A stretch of 64,000 nt of DNA from Candidatus Taenariivivens baikalensis. Its GTDB lineage: Bacteria; Omnitrophota; Omnitrophia; Omnitrophales; Aquincolibacteriaceae. The stretch spans positions 1,738 to 65,737 of the forward strand of contig SICL01000001.1 in NCBI GenBank assembly GCA_009691445.1, in the 5' to 3' direction. The position numbers and the translations under genes are program-made. Positions 29,521-38,233 of this stretch are shown here, piece by piece. The notes under the pieces were generated by a model. The model did no database searches. It was not told the origin of the DNA and was given only the letters and a program-made list of their open reading frames with translations. Within the stretch, counting starts at the first letter, position 1; each line of letters opens with the position of its first letter.

Positions 29521-29549
29521 ATGATACGACCTGACGTGATAAAGATCAA
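29521..29549 (-). promoter_or_regulatory. Sigma70-type promoter of the heme operon with overlapping FNR/CRP-like box
   Basis: TTGATC-N17-TATCAT, 8 nt before the ATG; TTGAT-N4-ATCAC at 29536-29549. Confidence 0.55.
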
Positions 29550-29564
29550 TCACCGAAGAGGTTT

Positions 29565-29727
29565 GCGGGTGCGCGAGTGAGCGAGTGAGCCGGTGTGGGG
29601 GTGGGATACCACCAATTGTCGGCGGCCGCCGACAATTAAGATACAATCTTAATCACCGTCGGGCGCCGGAAATTGGGCAGGGCGTGCAAACTTGCCTCTG
29701 TCCCCGTCCTTGGTGACGGTCACCAAG
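29565..29727. repeat. Intergenic cluster of octamer tandem repeats and perfect palindromes
   Basis: GCGAGTGA-like x4; aattgtcggcggccgccgacaatt (29614-29637); cttggtgac-g-gtcaccaag (29709-29727). Confidence 0.75.
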
Positions 29728-29734
29728 TTTATAT

Positions 29735-30292
29735 CTATTTCGAAAGCGACTCGTGCAGTTTGATGGCGATGGTATTAATGCAGTATCGTTTTCCGGTGGG
29801 AGGAGGACCATCATCAAAAATGTGACCGAGATGTGAGCCGCAGCGGGCGCAGGATACTTCCGTACGTTTCATTCCGAAGCTAGGATCTTCGATAAGTTTC
29901 ACATTCAAAGGAGAGACCGGATCCCAAAAGCTCGGCCAGCCCGTGCCGGACTCGAATTTTTTCTTGTAGGTGAATAAATCCGTGCCGCAGGCCGCACATT
30001 GATAAACTCCTTTGCCCGATCTTGGAATTGCGCACTGCCCTCCGAAAGCCGCCTCGGTTCCGTGACCGCGCATGATTTTAAACTGCTCGGGAGTTAAGCG
30101 TTTTTTCCATTCCCCTTCCGAACGAACCACGGGGTCAACGTTTTCCGTCTTATCCGTTGCAACATTATAAATTGGAATCATATTTAACAATGGTTTGTTG
30201 GCCCCTAAAAAGATAATGCTTAGAAATAAAAAAAATGGAATTACCGCTGCCGATTTTGTCATTAACGGGCATTTTATGCGAGGATAAATCAC
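29735..30292 (-). CDS. msrB: Peptide-methionine (R)-S-oxide reductase, probably exported
   Basis: GTE..F, C..C, SGTGWPSF, RTEV.C..C.SHLGH.F.DGP, RYCIN; N-terminal hydrophobic segment. Confidence 0.94.
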   Translation of the reverse strand: MIYPRIKCPLMTKSAAVIPFFLFLSIIFLGANKPLLNMIPIYNVATDKTENVDPVVRSEGEWKKRLTPEQFKIMRGHGTEAAFGGQCAIPRSGKGVYQCAACGTDLFTYKKKFESGTGWPSFWDPVSPLNVKLIEDPSFGMKRTEVSCARCGSHLGHIFDDGPPPTGKRYCINTIAIKLHESLSK

Positions 30293-30312
30293 CTGTCACG
30301 AAAAGTTTTAGA

Positions 30313-30648
30313 CTAGTGCTTTAAGTGCCAGGCATTTTTAATCAGCCACAGGCGAACTGAATCCCGCTGGTCACCCTGGAGCTCTATTTTTCCGTCGCGG
30401 ATGGTGCCGCCGGTTCCGCAGACAGTTTTTAATTTTTTGGCGAGATCTTCACGGGCCGCGATTGAGAGCACGAGACCGGCGATGATCGTGACCATTTTCC
30501 CCGAGGAGCGGTGTTCGATGGCCATCACAATATTTTGTTTATCGGGAGTAAGAGATCCTGTCGGAATAGAAGAAGAAGCCGCAGAAGAGGCTTTGTGAGC
30601 TGCGGGTTCAAAGCTCCAGCCGTCCCCTTGCAACGTGCGTGTTTTCAT
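30313..30648 (-). CDS. yciH: SUI1/YciH-family translation initiation factor
   Basis: GK.VT.I.G, LAKKLK..CGTGGT, IELQGD. Confidence 0.88.
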   Translation of the reverse strand: MKTRTLQGDGWSFEPAAHKASSAASSSIPTGSLTPDKQNIVMAIEHRSSGKMVTIIAGLVLSIAAREDLAKKLKTVCGTGGTIRDGKIELQGDQRDSVRLWLIKNAWHLKH

Positions 30649-30696
30649 AATTGATGACAATATCTCAACGGCTCGTGGAGCCTGGCCCTTAAGATT

Positions 30697-32145
30697 TTAA
30701 TCCACCTCGTTGATGGAAACAATGCGGTCGAAAAGTGAACCCAGATACGACTGGCCATTCAAAGTTAAATCGGTGACCACCACTTGATTAATTCGGTTCT
30801 TTTCATCGGAAGACATTGAAATTCTTTCGGCCCAGGTGCAGTGAATCGCATAAAATTGTTCGTTCACCTCTCCAATATAGAGCATCAGATGATGATGCAT
30901 CGCCATAATCGTGATCCCCGGGCGCGCCTGGTGAAGAATATCTTCTTTCGCTTCCTTATCCTTAAAAGGATGATAAAAACCGAGCTTAGTGCCGACAAAA
31001 GCTTGATCCAGGGAACCTCGCGGCATATCCACTCCAAGACTGAGGAAAACATCGTGCGTAAATCCCGAGCAGTCGCGCCCGCCATACATTCCACCCCATC
31101 CGTACCGCGCTCCCCGAAGCTTGAACGCCTGGCGGATCATATTGGCTTGGGAATAAGGCAAATAACCGGAACTCACATCGCTTTCTTTGGAGATATACGC
31201 ATAGATCACCGCATCATTCTTTTCTGATTTTACCGGGACACGGACCACATATAAATTGCCCCGGGTACTCACAAGCGGAAAAATAGTCCCCATACTGGCT
31301 CGAATCTTAAGTTCGCTGCTTAACTCAATCGAGCGGTAGACAGGAATACTATTACCGGTCGTCACCAGAAACTTTGAAGAATGGACAAAGGTCTTCAGTT
31401 TTTGCGTGCCAGAGAAATAGGCAATATCTTTGGTTTTAACCCATCCTCGAGCGTAAGGAGCTTGAACGTATAGCCACTTATCGTCGCTGGAGTGGTGCAG
31501 AATCGCCACCGGTGTCCAGGGCTTAATCAAAGTAAATTGAAACTGATCGAACTCAATGTCATAAGGTTTTTCGAGGACTTTAGTATCCGTGGGTACAGCC
31601 CGAACCGAAGTCGAGCGGATTACCGCTCCCCATTTCACTTTAATTTGTGATGGAATTGTCTCCCAGTCGACGATCGGTTTAATTTGCTCTTCAAAAAAAG
31701 AAACAGGCACATCTTTATTATCCACGTCGTAAAGTTTACGGGCTTTTAACGCGTAATAGACATGCGACAAATCAGCCCTTACTTCTTTTCCCGCCCTGGT
31801 TCCTGCCATTTTTAAGACATCGACCCGTTCACGTATCAGCGAATCGATATAGTCATTAAATGCGTCCATTTCCGCTGAGGTTTTAACCGGGACTTCAGCA
31901 TTAGGAATGCGTTTGATCCAATACTCTGGATCAAGTTGCTCCTGGGTTGTGGAGGTCAGCATCAAATTCTGGGGGACTTTGGGAAGCACTTCCGCGAAGG
32001 CGGTGAGGTTGGTGATACTAAGCAGGCCTAACAGAACCGTCATCGCGAGTCCCGCCCGTAGGGGGACGTGGGGATCTCTGAGATTGCTTCGCTTCCCTTG
32101 CAATGATATGGCTTTATAGTGACTATTATTTTTTAGAGATTTCAT
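30697..32145 (-). CDS. NlpC/P60 peptidase with SH3_6/SH3_7-type domains; repeat-derived insertion in signal region
   Basis: YGWGGM...RDCSGF, H.MLYIG, H; ATGA-coupled to upstream stop. Confidence 0.88.
   Translation of the reverse strand: MKSLKNNSHYKAISLQGKRSNLRDPHVPLRAGLAMTVLLGLLSITNLTAFAEVLPKVPQNLMLTSTTQEQLDPEYWIKRIPNAEVPVKTSAEMDAFNDYIDSLIRERVDVLKMAGTRAGKEVRADLSHVYYALKARKLYDVDNKDVPVSFFEEQIKPIVDWETIPSQIKVKWGAVIRSTSVRAVPTDTKVLEKPYDIEFDQFQFTLIKPWTPVAILHHSSDDKWLYVQAPYARGWVKTKDIAYFSGTQKLKTFVHSSKFLVTTGNSIPVYRSIELSSELKIRASMGTIFPLVSTRGNLYVVRVPVKSEKNDAVIYAYISKESDVSSGYLPYSQANMIRQAFKLRGARYGWGGMYGGRDCSGFTHDVFLSLGVDMPRGSLDQAFVGTKLGFYHPFKDKEAKEDILHQARPGITIMAMHHHLMLYIGEVNEQFYAIHCTWAERISMSSDEKNRINQVVVTDLTLNGQSYLGSLFDRIVSINEVD
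32039..32107. repeat. GTCAT-family element in frame in the NlpC/P60 signal region
   Basis: gtcatcgcgag...gatctc t gagattgcttcgcttcccttgcaatgat; encodes SLQGKRSNLRDPHVPLRAGLAMT. Confidence 0.88.
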
Positions 32146-33395
32146 ACGGCCATCCGAAAGAAGAAAAACCAAATCAAAGCAAAAATCGGGATAAGAATCG
32201 GGAGACTATAGTTGAAAAAGTAAGCCATAAAACTTGGCGTTTTCGCGTTATATTGCTCCGCAATGGATTTAACCAAAAAGTTGGGACCATTCCCAATATA
32301 AGTTACGGCTCCGAAAAAGACAGATCCAACACTGATCGCTTTGATGTAAATCGGATGGGTCTCGAGTAAGAAATGAGTCGTCCCTGCAAAAAGCCCCATT
32401 TGGGCGCTTAAAAAACTGAGGTAGGTGGGCGCGTTATCCAAAACACTTGAAAGCATGCCACTTGCCCAATAAAACTGCCCGGGAGTATTGACCCCTAATT
32501 GATTGGCATATTTTTCTAACCATGCGAGAGCCGGAATCATCGTTGTGAAAATGCCAAGAAAAAGAATAGCGACTTCCTTGATTGGCCCAAAGTTAAAGTC
32601 GTTACTTTCATGGACTGATTTGGAAGTTGTTTTATAGGATAAAACGGCTGCCAAGATCATCACCGCTTCCCGTAAGAAAGGCGGATGGTGAATAAAAACA
32701 GACCCCACGATCATCAGGAGAAAAAAAATATTATGCGCGCCGAGAAATTTCCACTCCTCCCCTTTACTTGTCTCCTTTTGGCGAATCGCAGCCGGTGCCT
32801 TTTTGAAGTTCTGAACATCCACCGTATAAAAGAGAATCAATAGTAGGGTGATTGCAAGAATCCAGATTGGCCAAACTTGCTTCAAAACCCAGAAAAAAGG
32901 CACCCCTTTTAAATACCCGAGAAAAAGCGGCGGATCTCCGATGGGCGTTAATCCTCCGCCCACATTGCTGATGATAAAAATAAAAAAAACAATGTGATAT
33001 GCCGTCAGTCGGTACTTATTCATTCGGATCCAGGGACGGATAAAAATCATGGAAGCCCCGGTCGTCCCTATCAGATTTGCAAAGACCGCTCCAATAAAAA
33101 GAAATAAGCAATTGGCGACAGGTGTTGATTCTCCTTTAACATTAATATGAATCCCGCCGGCCACCACGTAAAGTGAACCAATTAAGGCGATGAAGCTTAT
33201 ATATTCGAAAGCGGTATGAATCAGGCTGGCGCTGTCCTTGAGAACCAAAAAGTACCGGACGATTACGACAAGACTTAAGAGAGCGCAAAGGAGTGGAAAG
33301 TTTTTCTCCCACCAGTGCTTTTGAATAAGCGGAAGAATCGCGATTGAGGCGAGCACTGCAATGAAGGGTAGCACCCAGATTAGTTCATGATACAT
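32142..33395 (-). CDS. Putative Na+/H+ antiporter (IT superfamily)
   Basis: IGTTGASM, TPIGDPPLFLGYL, LDNAPTY, TYIGNGPN; multi-TM. Confidence 0.88.
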   Translation of the reverse strand: MYHELIWVLPFIAVLASIAILPLIQKHWWEKNFPLLCALLSLVVIVRYFLVLKDSASLIHTAFEYISFIALIGSLYVVAGGIHINVKGESTPVANCLFLFIGAVFANLIGTTGASMIFIRPWIRMNKYRLTAYHIVFFIFIISNVGGGLTPIGDPPLFLGYLKGVPFFWVLKQVWPIWILAITLLLILFYTVDVQNFKKAPAAIRQKETSKGEEWKFLGAHNIFFLLMIVGSVFIHHPPFLREAVMILAAVLSYKTTSKSVHESNDFNFGPIKEVAILFLGIFTTMIPALAWLEKYANQLGVNTPGQFYWASGMLSSVLDNAPTYLSFLSAQMGLFAGTTHFLLETHPIYIKAISVGSVFFGAVTYIGNGPNFLVKSIAEQYNAKTPSFMAYFFNYSLPILIPIFALIWFFFFRMAV

Positions 33396-33558
33396 AAAAA
33401 GTGGTGTATTTTAAACAATCAGAAAAAGACTGTCTAGGAATATATCCGTTCTACCCTTGGAGAGCGCGCATTGTCCCATCGAGGCTTATAGGGCCGAATT
33501 TTTTTGCGGGTGATTCTAAAGATTTTTTTCTGAGTCTATAAGGGCCATGTGTCTACTT

Positions 33559-33924
33559 TTAGTGAACAAAAACACGATCCAAGATATGGGTCTTGAGCTG
33601 TTGAAGGCTTATGGGTTTAGCCAGATAATCATAAGCGCCTAGGCGAATAGCCTCTTTGGCGCGTCCCTCTTCCTGATTGCCACTCAGAATTACGACAACA
33701 GTATCCGGAGAAACTTGCCTGGATTTTTTAAGGACATCCAAACCGGACATCTTGATCAGGCGAAGATCAAGAAGCATCAAAGACGGATGATCGCGCTCCA
33801 AAATTTCTAATGCACGAGGTCCATCGCCGGATTCATAAACAAGATATCCCTGCTCGGCGAGATAATCGACAATAATATTGCGAATTGCGTCATCGTCATC
33901 GACAACAAGAACTGATTTATCCAT
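33559..33924 (-). CDS. Single-domain response regulator
   Basis: VLVVDDD, LLD, GAYDYLAKP. Confidence 0.9.
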   Translation of the reverse strand: MDKSVLVVDDDDAIRNIIVDYLAEQGYLVYESGDGPRALEILERDHPSLMLLDLRLIKMSGLDVLKKSRQVSPDTVVVILSGNQEEGRAKEAIRLGAYDYLAKPISLQQLKTHILDRVFVH

Positions 33925-33938
33925 AGATCAATGAGTGT

Positions 33939-34151
33939 TTAGCGCACTCGGCGGTAAGGGTAGTGGTCTTTAATCCATTCTTCGAAATATTTCCCGTGAG
34001 AACGGGCATTTAAAAAAGCCTTGTAAACAGACTCGGGAACCTCGTCATACTGGTAAATTTTCCCCTCAATAAACTCCACTTGCAGCATCGTCCTCTTATA
34101 GTCATACCCGATCCATTCGATTTCCGTGGAAATGACCATTTGATTAATCAT
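33939..34151 (-). CDS. KTSC domain protein
   Basis: S..I..IGYD....LQVEF..G..YQY..VP..VY..F..A.S.G.YF. Confidence 0.9.
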   Translation of the reverse strand: MINQMVISTEIEWIGYDYKRTMLQVEFIEGKIYQYDEVPESVYKAFLNARSHGKYFEEWIKDHYPYRRVR

Positions 34152-34174
34152 CTGCGCTCTCCTTTGTTGTGCCT

Positions 34175-34201
34175 GTATCGGTCATTGAGGAGAAAACTAA
34201 A
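34175..34201 (-). promoter_or_regulatory. Sigma28-like promoter
   Basis: TTTAGTTT-N11-ACCGATAC versus consensus TAAAGTTT-N11-GCCGATAA. Confidence 0.45.
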
Positions 34202-34217
34202 GATGGAAGAAGATTTG

Positions 34218-34949
34218 TTAGGGTTTTGCCAGCCATGATAACAGCTGAGAAATGAACTGAACGTATAGATTGCCAACCTGAATTTCAATTTTTTCCTGGA
34301 TTTTTATTCTCTTAACACGAGTTCCCCAGTCGATAAAGCCAGCAGACCAGTGAGGTGCAAAGTCCGTCATGAAGGCCGCAATCCTGGGGTGAAAGGTTCC
34401 CCCCACAGCCAGAAGCGGCGTGACCGCAGAATTTAAAAAGACATTTCCATTTCTATAATTGATTGCTTTTGCATTTAAAAGAACTTGGGCGTGAGATTTC
34501 AGCCGGACTTGGTTGACCCCACAAATTGCTGCCGGTTTTGCGAATGAAATGCCCTTTAATATTTTATGGGAAGTCGCAGGGAGAACAAGAGCTCCGCCCG
34601 GAAAGTTTTGGCGGTCGTCACGATTCAGACAGGTGACCGGTAATAGACTCTCGATCGCAGAATTATGCCAGCCGCCAAAGGGGCCCGCGAAAGAACCCCA
34701 ACCTCCCACCATCAGGAAACCAGCCCCTTGTGCGACCTTTTTAATGAGAATCTGCTCGGAAGGTTTTAAGAAATCACGATAAGAGAAATCACTAAAAATA
34801 TAAAGATCAAAATCAGACCGTAAAAGGTCTGGAGTGAGCTGATTCCCAGGCGGTAAATGCGTCACTTCTGCTTTTAAGTGTTTGAGGATCCCTAGCAGAT
34901 ACCGCGCTGGGCCATCCGCTGGACTGTCGCCAGCATAAAAAACTCTCAT
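34218..34949 (-). CDS. Class I glutamine-amidotransferase-like protein (DUF1355 type)
   Basis: GAGFLMVGGWGSF, LLPV, D.APHW. Confidence 0.75.
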   Translation of the reverse strand: MRVFYAGDSPADGPARYLLGILKHLKAEVTHLPPGNQLTPDLLRSDFDLYIFSDFSYRDFLKPSEQILIKKVAQGAGFLMVGGWGSFAGPFGGWHNSAIESLLPVTCLNRDDRQNFPGGALVLPATSHKILKGISFAKPAAICGVNQVRLKSHAQVLLNAKAINYRNGNVFLNSAVTPLLAVGGTFHPRIAAFMTDFAPHWSAGFIDWGTRVKRIKIQEKIEIQVGNLYVQFISQLLSWLAKP

Positions 34950-35302
34950 GAGTCTTTTTCCCTCTTGGGCGGCAAATTCTTATTTTTCTTATCGTGACAG
35001 AAATGGCAGGAACATAGTTGACGCAGATAATCAAAACTGTAGATGCCGGTCTGATGACCATCACTCCAGCTTATTTTAACCGCATATCGTCCTACAGGAT
35101 TCCACAGTTTGAGAGATAATGACGCTGGGATTTTTTCAGCCTGGATGGTTCTTTTGCCGCTCCACTCATCCACACACTGTGCACACGGACAGAAAAGACG
35201 CAGAGTACGTGGATCAAATAAACTCCGGTGATCATCCTCCCAGGTGATAAGAATCTCTTGGGAATCAAGGACTCGGAAATCTAAAAGACAAAAGCTCATC
35301 AT
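34946..35302 (-). CDS. DUF971 / GBBH N-terminal domain protein
   Basis: LR..CPCA.C, VG.YA..I.WSDGH.TGIYS..YLR. Confidence 0.9.
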   Translation of the reverse strand: MMSFCLLDFRVLDSQEILITWEDDHRSLFDPRTLRLFCPCAQCVDEWSGKRTIQAEKIPASLSLKLWNPVGRYAVKISWSDGHQTGIYSFDYLRQLCSCHFCHDKKNKNLPPKREKDS

Positions 35303-35308
35303 CAGCCA

Positions 35309-35698
35309 TTAGGATTTAGCAGGGGCATGACACTGGGATTTTCCAGATAGCTGCATCACACCACATTCTTTAACTGAAATATCTTTACCGGCCTGCCCAG
35401 GAACCCAGAAGGTCACAATATCCCACGCTCCCAAAATGGCGAATTTTACAGTGTCCACAAGGCCTTGTCCTAACCCCTTCACGACACAACAGCTATCCTT
35501 AGACGCATGGATCGGAGCCGCAATAATATGCGCAGGGCTGCTCGCAAGATTGACTACCCCGTGAAGAAGCCTCCAGGAAGCTCTTTCAACATAGTTATCA
35601 CTGGTAATCTTGCCCATGGGATCGGTCCCTGCAAAAGCCGAGGATTGAAAAACCATAACCGTAAGCAGAACTAAAGCAATGCGATGGAGTTTATTCAT
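35309..35698 (-). CDS. Exported protein resembling the exosortase-system-associated family
   Basis: Signal peptide; RL.HG.VN...P..I...P, G..DIVTF.VP. Confidence 0.55.
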   Translation of the reverse strand: MNKLHRIALVLLTVMVFQSSAFAGTDPMGKITSDNYVERASWRLLHGVVNLASSPAHIIAAPIHASKDSCCVVKGLGQGLVDTVKFAILGAWDIVTFWVPGQAGKDISVKECGVMQLSGKSQCHAPAKS

Positions 35699-35713
35699 AT
35701 CATTTCCTTTCGG

Positions 35714-35926
35714 TTATAAACGTGGCATACGACGTGCATCTTCTAGCAGTGATTCGATCTCATGGTCGCGAGCCCCGAATTCGTAAGCAATTTGAATGAA
35801 AAGCGAGCAGTCTTCAAATTTCTCTTGGAGCAGCGCTTCCCTCAGATAAATCAAAGCGGTAAACTTCACAGGGTGTTTAGTTCCCTCAATGACTTTAACC
35901 TTTTTTTCCGTAATAATGTTTCCCAT
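35714..35926 (-). CDS. Hypothetical protein
   Basis: AGGTG SD, helical 70 aa ORF heading the operon. Confidence 0.65.
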   Translation of the reverse strand: MGNIITEKKVKVIEGTKHPVKFTALIYLREALLQEKFEDCSLFIQIAYEFGARDHEIESLLEDARRMPRL

Positions 35927-35934
35927 AAGCCACC

Positions 35935-35969
35935 TAAAAAATTAAAACCCACGGTTACCCACGGGTTTT
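35935..35969 (-). terminator. Terminator-like hairpin directly before the 35926 gene
   Basis: aaaacccgtgg-GTAA-ccgtgggtttt then aatttttt; G-U pairs only on the minus strand. Confidence 0.6.
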
Positions 35970-36226
35970 GCGCTCGATTATTTGTAAAGACAGTCGACTG
36001 AACTAGCTCACAAAGCCCACCTTACTTACGCACATAAGGCATCGGCTGCGAATGCCAAAACCCTTAGCCATTACTGGGGGCTGATGATGCTGAGCGCCGT
36101 TGAGTACGCTACTTCTGAGGTCATTGTTCACGTTGACGTGTAACAAAGCTCCCCTTGCTGTCTGTGTTTTCTGGTGTGGCTTTCTAGGTTTTGAGCCTAC
36201 TCATGTTTGAATTTTTATGATAAACT

Positions 36227-37369
36227 TTGATCGTGAAGCAATTACATCGTTTTTTTCTCATCTTTTTCTTATGTTTTTTGATACCTCTACCCGCTCAGAG
36301 CGCCCTTGATACAAGAATTTCCATGCCAGAATTCGACCCCGCTCTTCAATGGATTCATAGCGTACCAGCCACCCGTAAGATTCTTGCCGGGAAAGTCACT
36401 TTGATTTATTTTTGGAGTTTCTCTAATTATGAAAGCCTTAACAATCTTGTGTTTTTGAACCAGCTTTACGCGGTTTATCGTCCCTATGGACTTGTGGTGA
36501 TTACAATTCATGTTCCCCACTTTGAATTTGAAAAGTCCTCGGATACTATTTCTGCTTTTTCTGAACTCTTCGATTTGGATTTTCCCATTCTTTTGGATAA
36601 TCAGGGGGGGATGAAGGCCCTCTATCAAGCCTTCCGGATTCCTTCATTTTATTTGATTAATGCCCAGGGAAAAATCCGAAAAACTTTTTTCGATAATTAT
36701 ACCCATGAAGCGATTTCTCGTTCGGTCTCCGGGCTCATGCGGGATAATCCCAAGATTATTCTCCCCACAGTCACAGATGCTATTTCTAAACTTTCGGTGA
36801 CGCCGTCCATGTTTCTTGAGATCCCACTGGGTTATCAGGGATTATCCCATTTTGGAAATCTGGAAAAAATTCGTACTCAAATGGACCAGAAATTCGCGTA
36901 TCCGGAATATCTCGAAGGAGATCAGTTTTACCTTCAGGGAGAATGGCGTTTTGAAGCGGATTCCTTGAGGGCCCTTGGAAAGTATTCTTCGCTTAAAATT
37001 CGTACCACTTTCAAAACCCTAAGCCTGATGGCTAATCGTTCTGAAAATCAAATCCTAAAAGCGGTGATTACACTCAACGGAGTTCCGTTATCAAACGATG
37101 TTCTGGGTCAAGATACCTTCTTTGATGGCACGGAGACTATCGCTAAAATCAGCGAGCCGCGGCATCATCATTTTCTGAACCTGCAAGACAAACCCGATCA
37201 TCCTCAGCTCTGGGAAATTACCTTTGAGGGGCCGGCTGATCTTTACGTCATAAGCCTGAGTGATATGCCTTTTCAGTTAACTCAGAAAAAATTGGATGTG
37301 GATAAAAAGGCAGCTGCGATTGCAAGGCCCGATGAGAAAGTCCGTCTTAAAACGACGATTCAAGAATAG
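36227..37369 (+). CDS. DipZ-like redoxin-fold exported protein lacking CxxC
   Basis: GKVTLIYFW, YGLVVITIH.P.F.FEK, P.FYLI...G.IR, L.G.W; SNYES at the CxxC position. Confidence 0.75.
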   Translation: MIVKQLHRFFLIFFLCFLIPLPAQSALDTRISMPEFDPALQWIHSVPATRKILAGKVTLIYFWSFSNYESLNNLVFLNQLYAVYRPYGLVVITIHVPHFEFEKSSDTISAFSELFDLDFPILLDNQGGMKALYQAFRIPSFYLINAQGKIRKTFFDNYTHEAISRSVSGLMRDNPKIILPTVTDAISKLSVTPSMFLEIPLGYQGLSHFGNLEKIRTQMDQKFAYPEYLEGDQFYLQGEWRFEADSLRALGKYSSLKIRTTFKTLSLMANRSENQILKAVITLNGVPLSNDVLGQDTFFDGTETIAKISEPRHHHFLNLQDKPDHPQLWEITFEGPADLYVISLSDMPFQLTQKKLDVDKKAAAIARPDEKVRLKTTIQE

Positions 37370-37370
37370 C

Positions 37371-38165
37371 TTATCGATCAATTAACTCTTTAAATTCCGC
37401 CCACGGAAAGTTATTTCCCGGACATTCCGTATTTTTACCGGGGACATCGCCATGGCGAATTACATTGATAAATGGAATTTTGTAATATTGTTGCAAGGTT
37501 TTCACCAAAAAGACTAAGGCGTTTAATTCTGCTCGGCTCACTCGACGTTCACTAAAATTCCCTACCAGCGAAATTCCAATACCATGTTCGTTCATGCCCG
37601 CTGCATTGGCATGAGCCCCCTGCATTTGTTTTACCCAGCGCGGCCCCACCTCAATCTGCCCGTCTTCCTTCCCATCCGTTCCATTATTGATCAAAAAATG
37701 ATATCCGAGACCATTCCAAAATCCGCGTCGGTGATGAATCTGATCAATGGTAAACGCGTTCCCCTCATGCGTGGCCGTATGGTGGATCACAATATGCGTC
37801 CAGCGACTGTTGGGGTAAAGCGGGATAATGGGTTTTGCGCCTTGAACATTGGGGATTGTTAATTTTTGGCCGGATTTAATCTTAGTTGGATCATCAAGGT
37901 GGTTGACCGACATCAAGGTCTGCATATCCACATCATAGGTTTTACTGATACGCCATAAGGTCTCCGACGGCCCGACCACGTGATAAACATTATGGAGAGC
38001 CGCTGAATTCGATTGCCCGTAGACAGTCACGGGTACCGTGGAAGGAATGCGCACGGCTGCACGGTGCGGAGTGCTGGAGCAACCATAGAGAATGATGCCG
38101 GATATCATTCCGCTCAAACAGAGTGTCCAAGCTCGATCCGTTTTTAGAATCCGTAAAGTTTTCAT
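37371..38165 (-). CDS. LysM + N-acetylmuramoyl-L-alanine amidase (Amidase_2) lipoprotein
   Basis: LYGC lipobox-like, ETLWRIS..Y, IVIHHTA, GYHFLI, GAHA, TECPG. Confidence 0.9.
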   Translation of the reverse strand: MKTLRILKTDRAWTLCLSGMISGIILYGCSSTPHRAAVRIPSTVPVTVYGQSNSAALHNVYHVVGPSETLWRISKTYDVDMQTLMSVNHLDDPTKIKSGQKLTIPNVQGAKPIIPLYPNSRWTHIVIHHTATHEGNAFTIDQIHHRRGFWNGLGYHFLINNGTDGKEDGQIEVGPRWVKQMQGAHANAAGMNEHGIGISLVGNFSERRVSRAELNALVFLVKTLQQYYKIPFINVIRHGDVPGKNTECPGNNFPWAEFKELIDR

Positions 38166-38233
38166 AAAATGCTATCCATGGAGCTCCCTATTATCTACAA
38201 AAGACGTCAAAGATCAAACGGATTCCCATTTTC

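Noticed and set aside
5577-32107. Repeats as a CRISPR array, inteins or self-splicing introns
   Set aside because: They are dispersed and degenerate, with no spacers or cas genes. They lack Cys/Ser...His-Asn intein ends and are far too short for group I/II introns.
36003-36146. 47-codon minus-strand TTG ORF, and riboswitch matches (fluoride, TPP, c-di-GMP)
   Set aside because: No protein motif; only 6-8 nt fragments of riboswitch consensus without the required stems.
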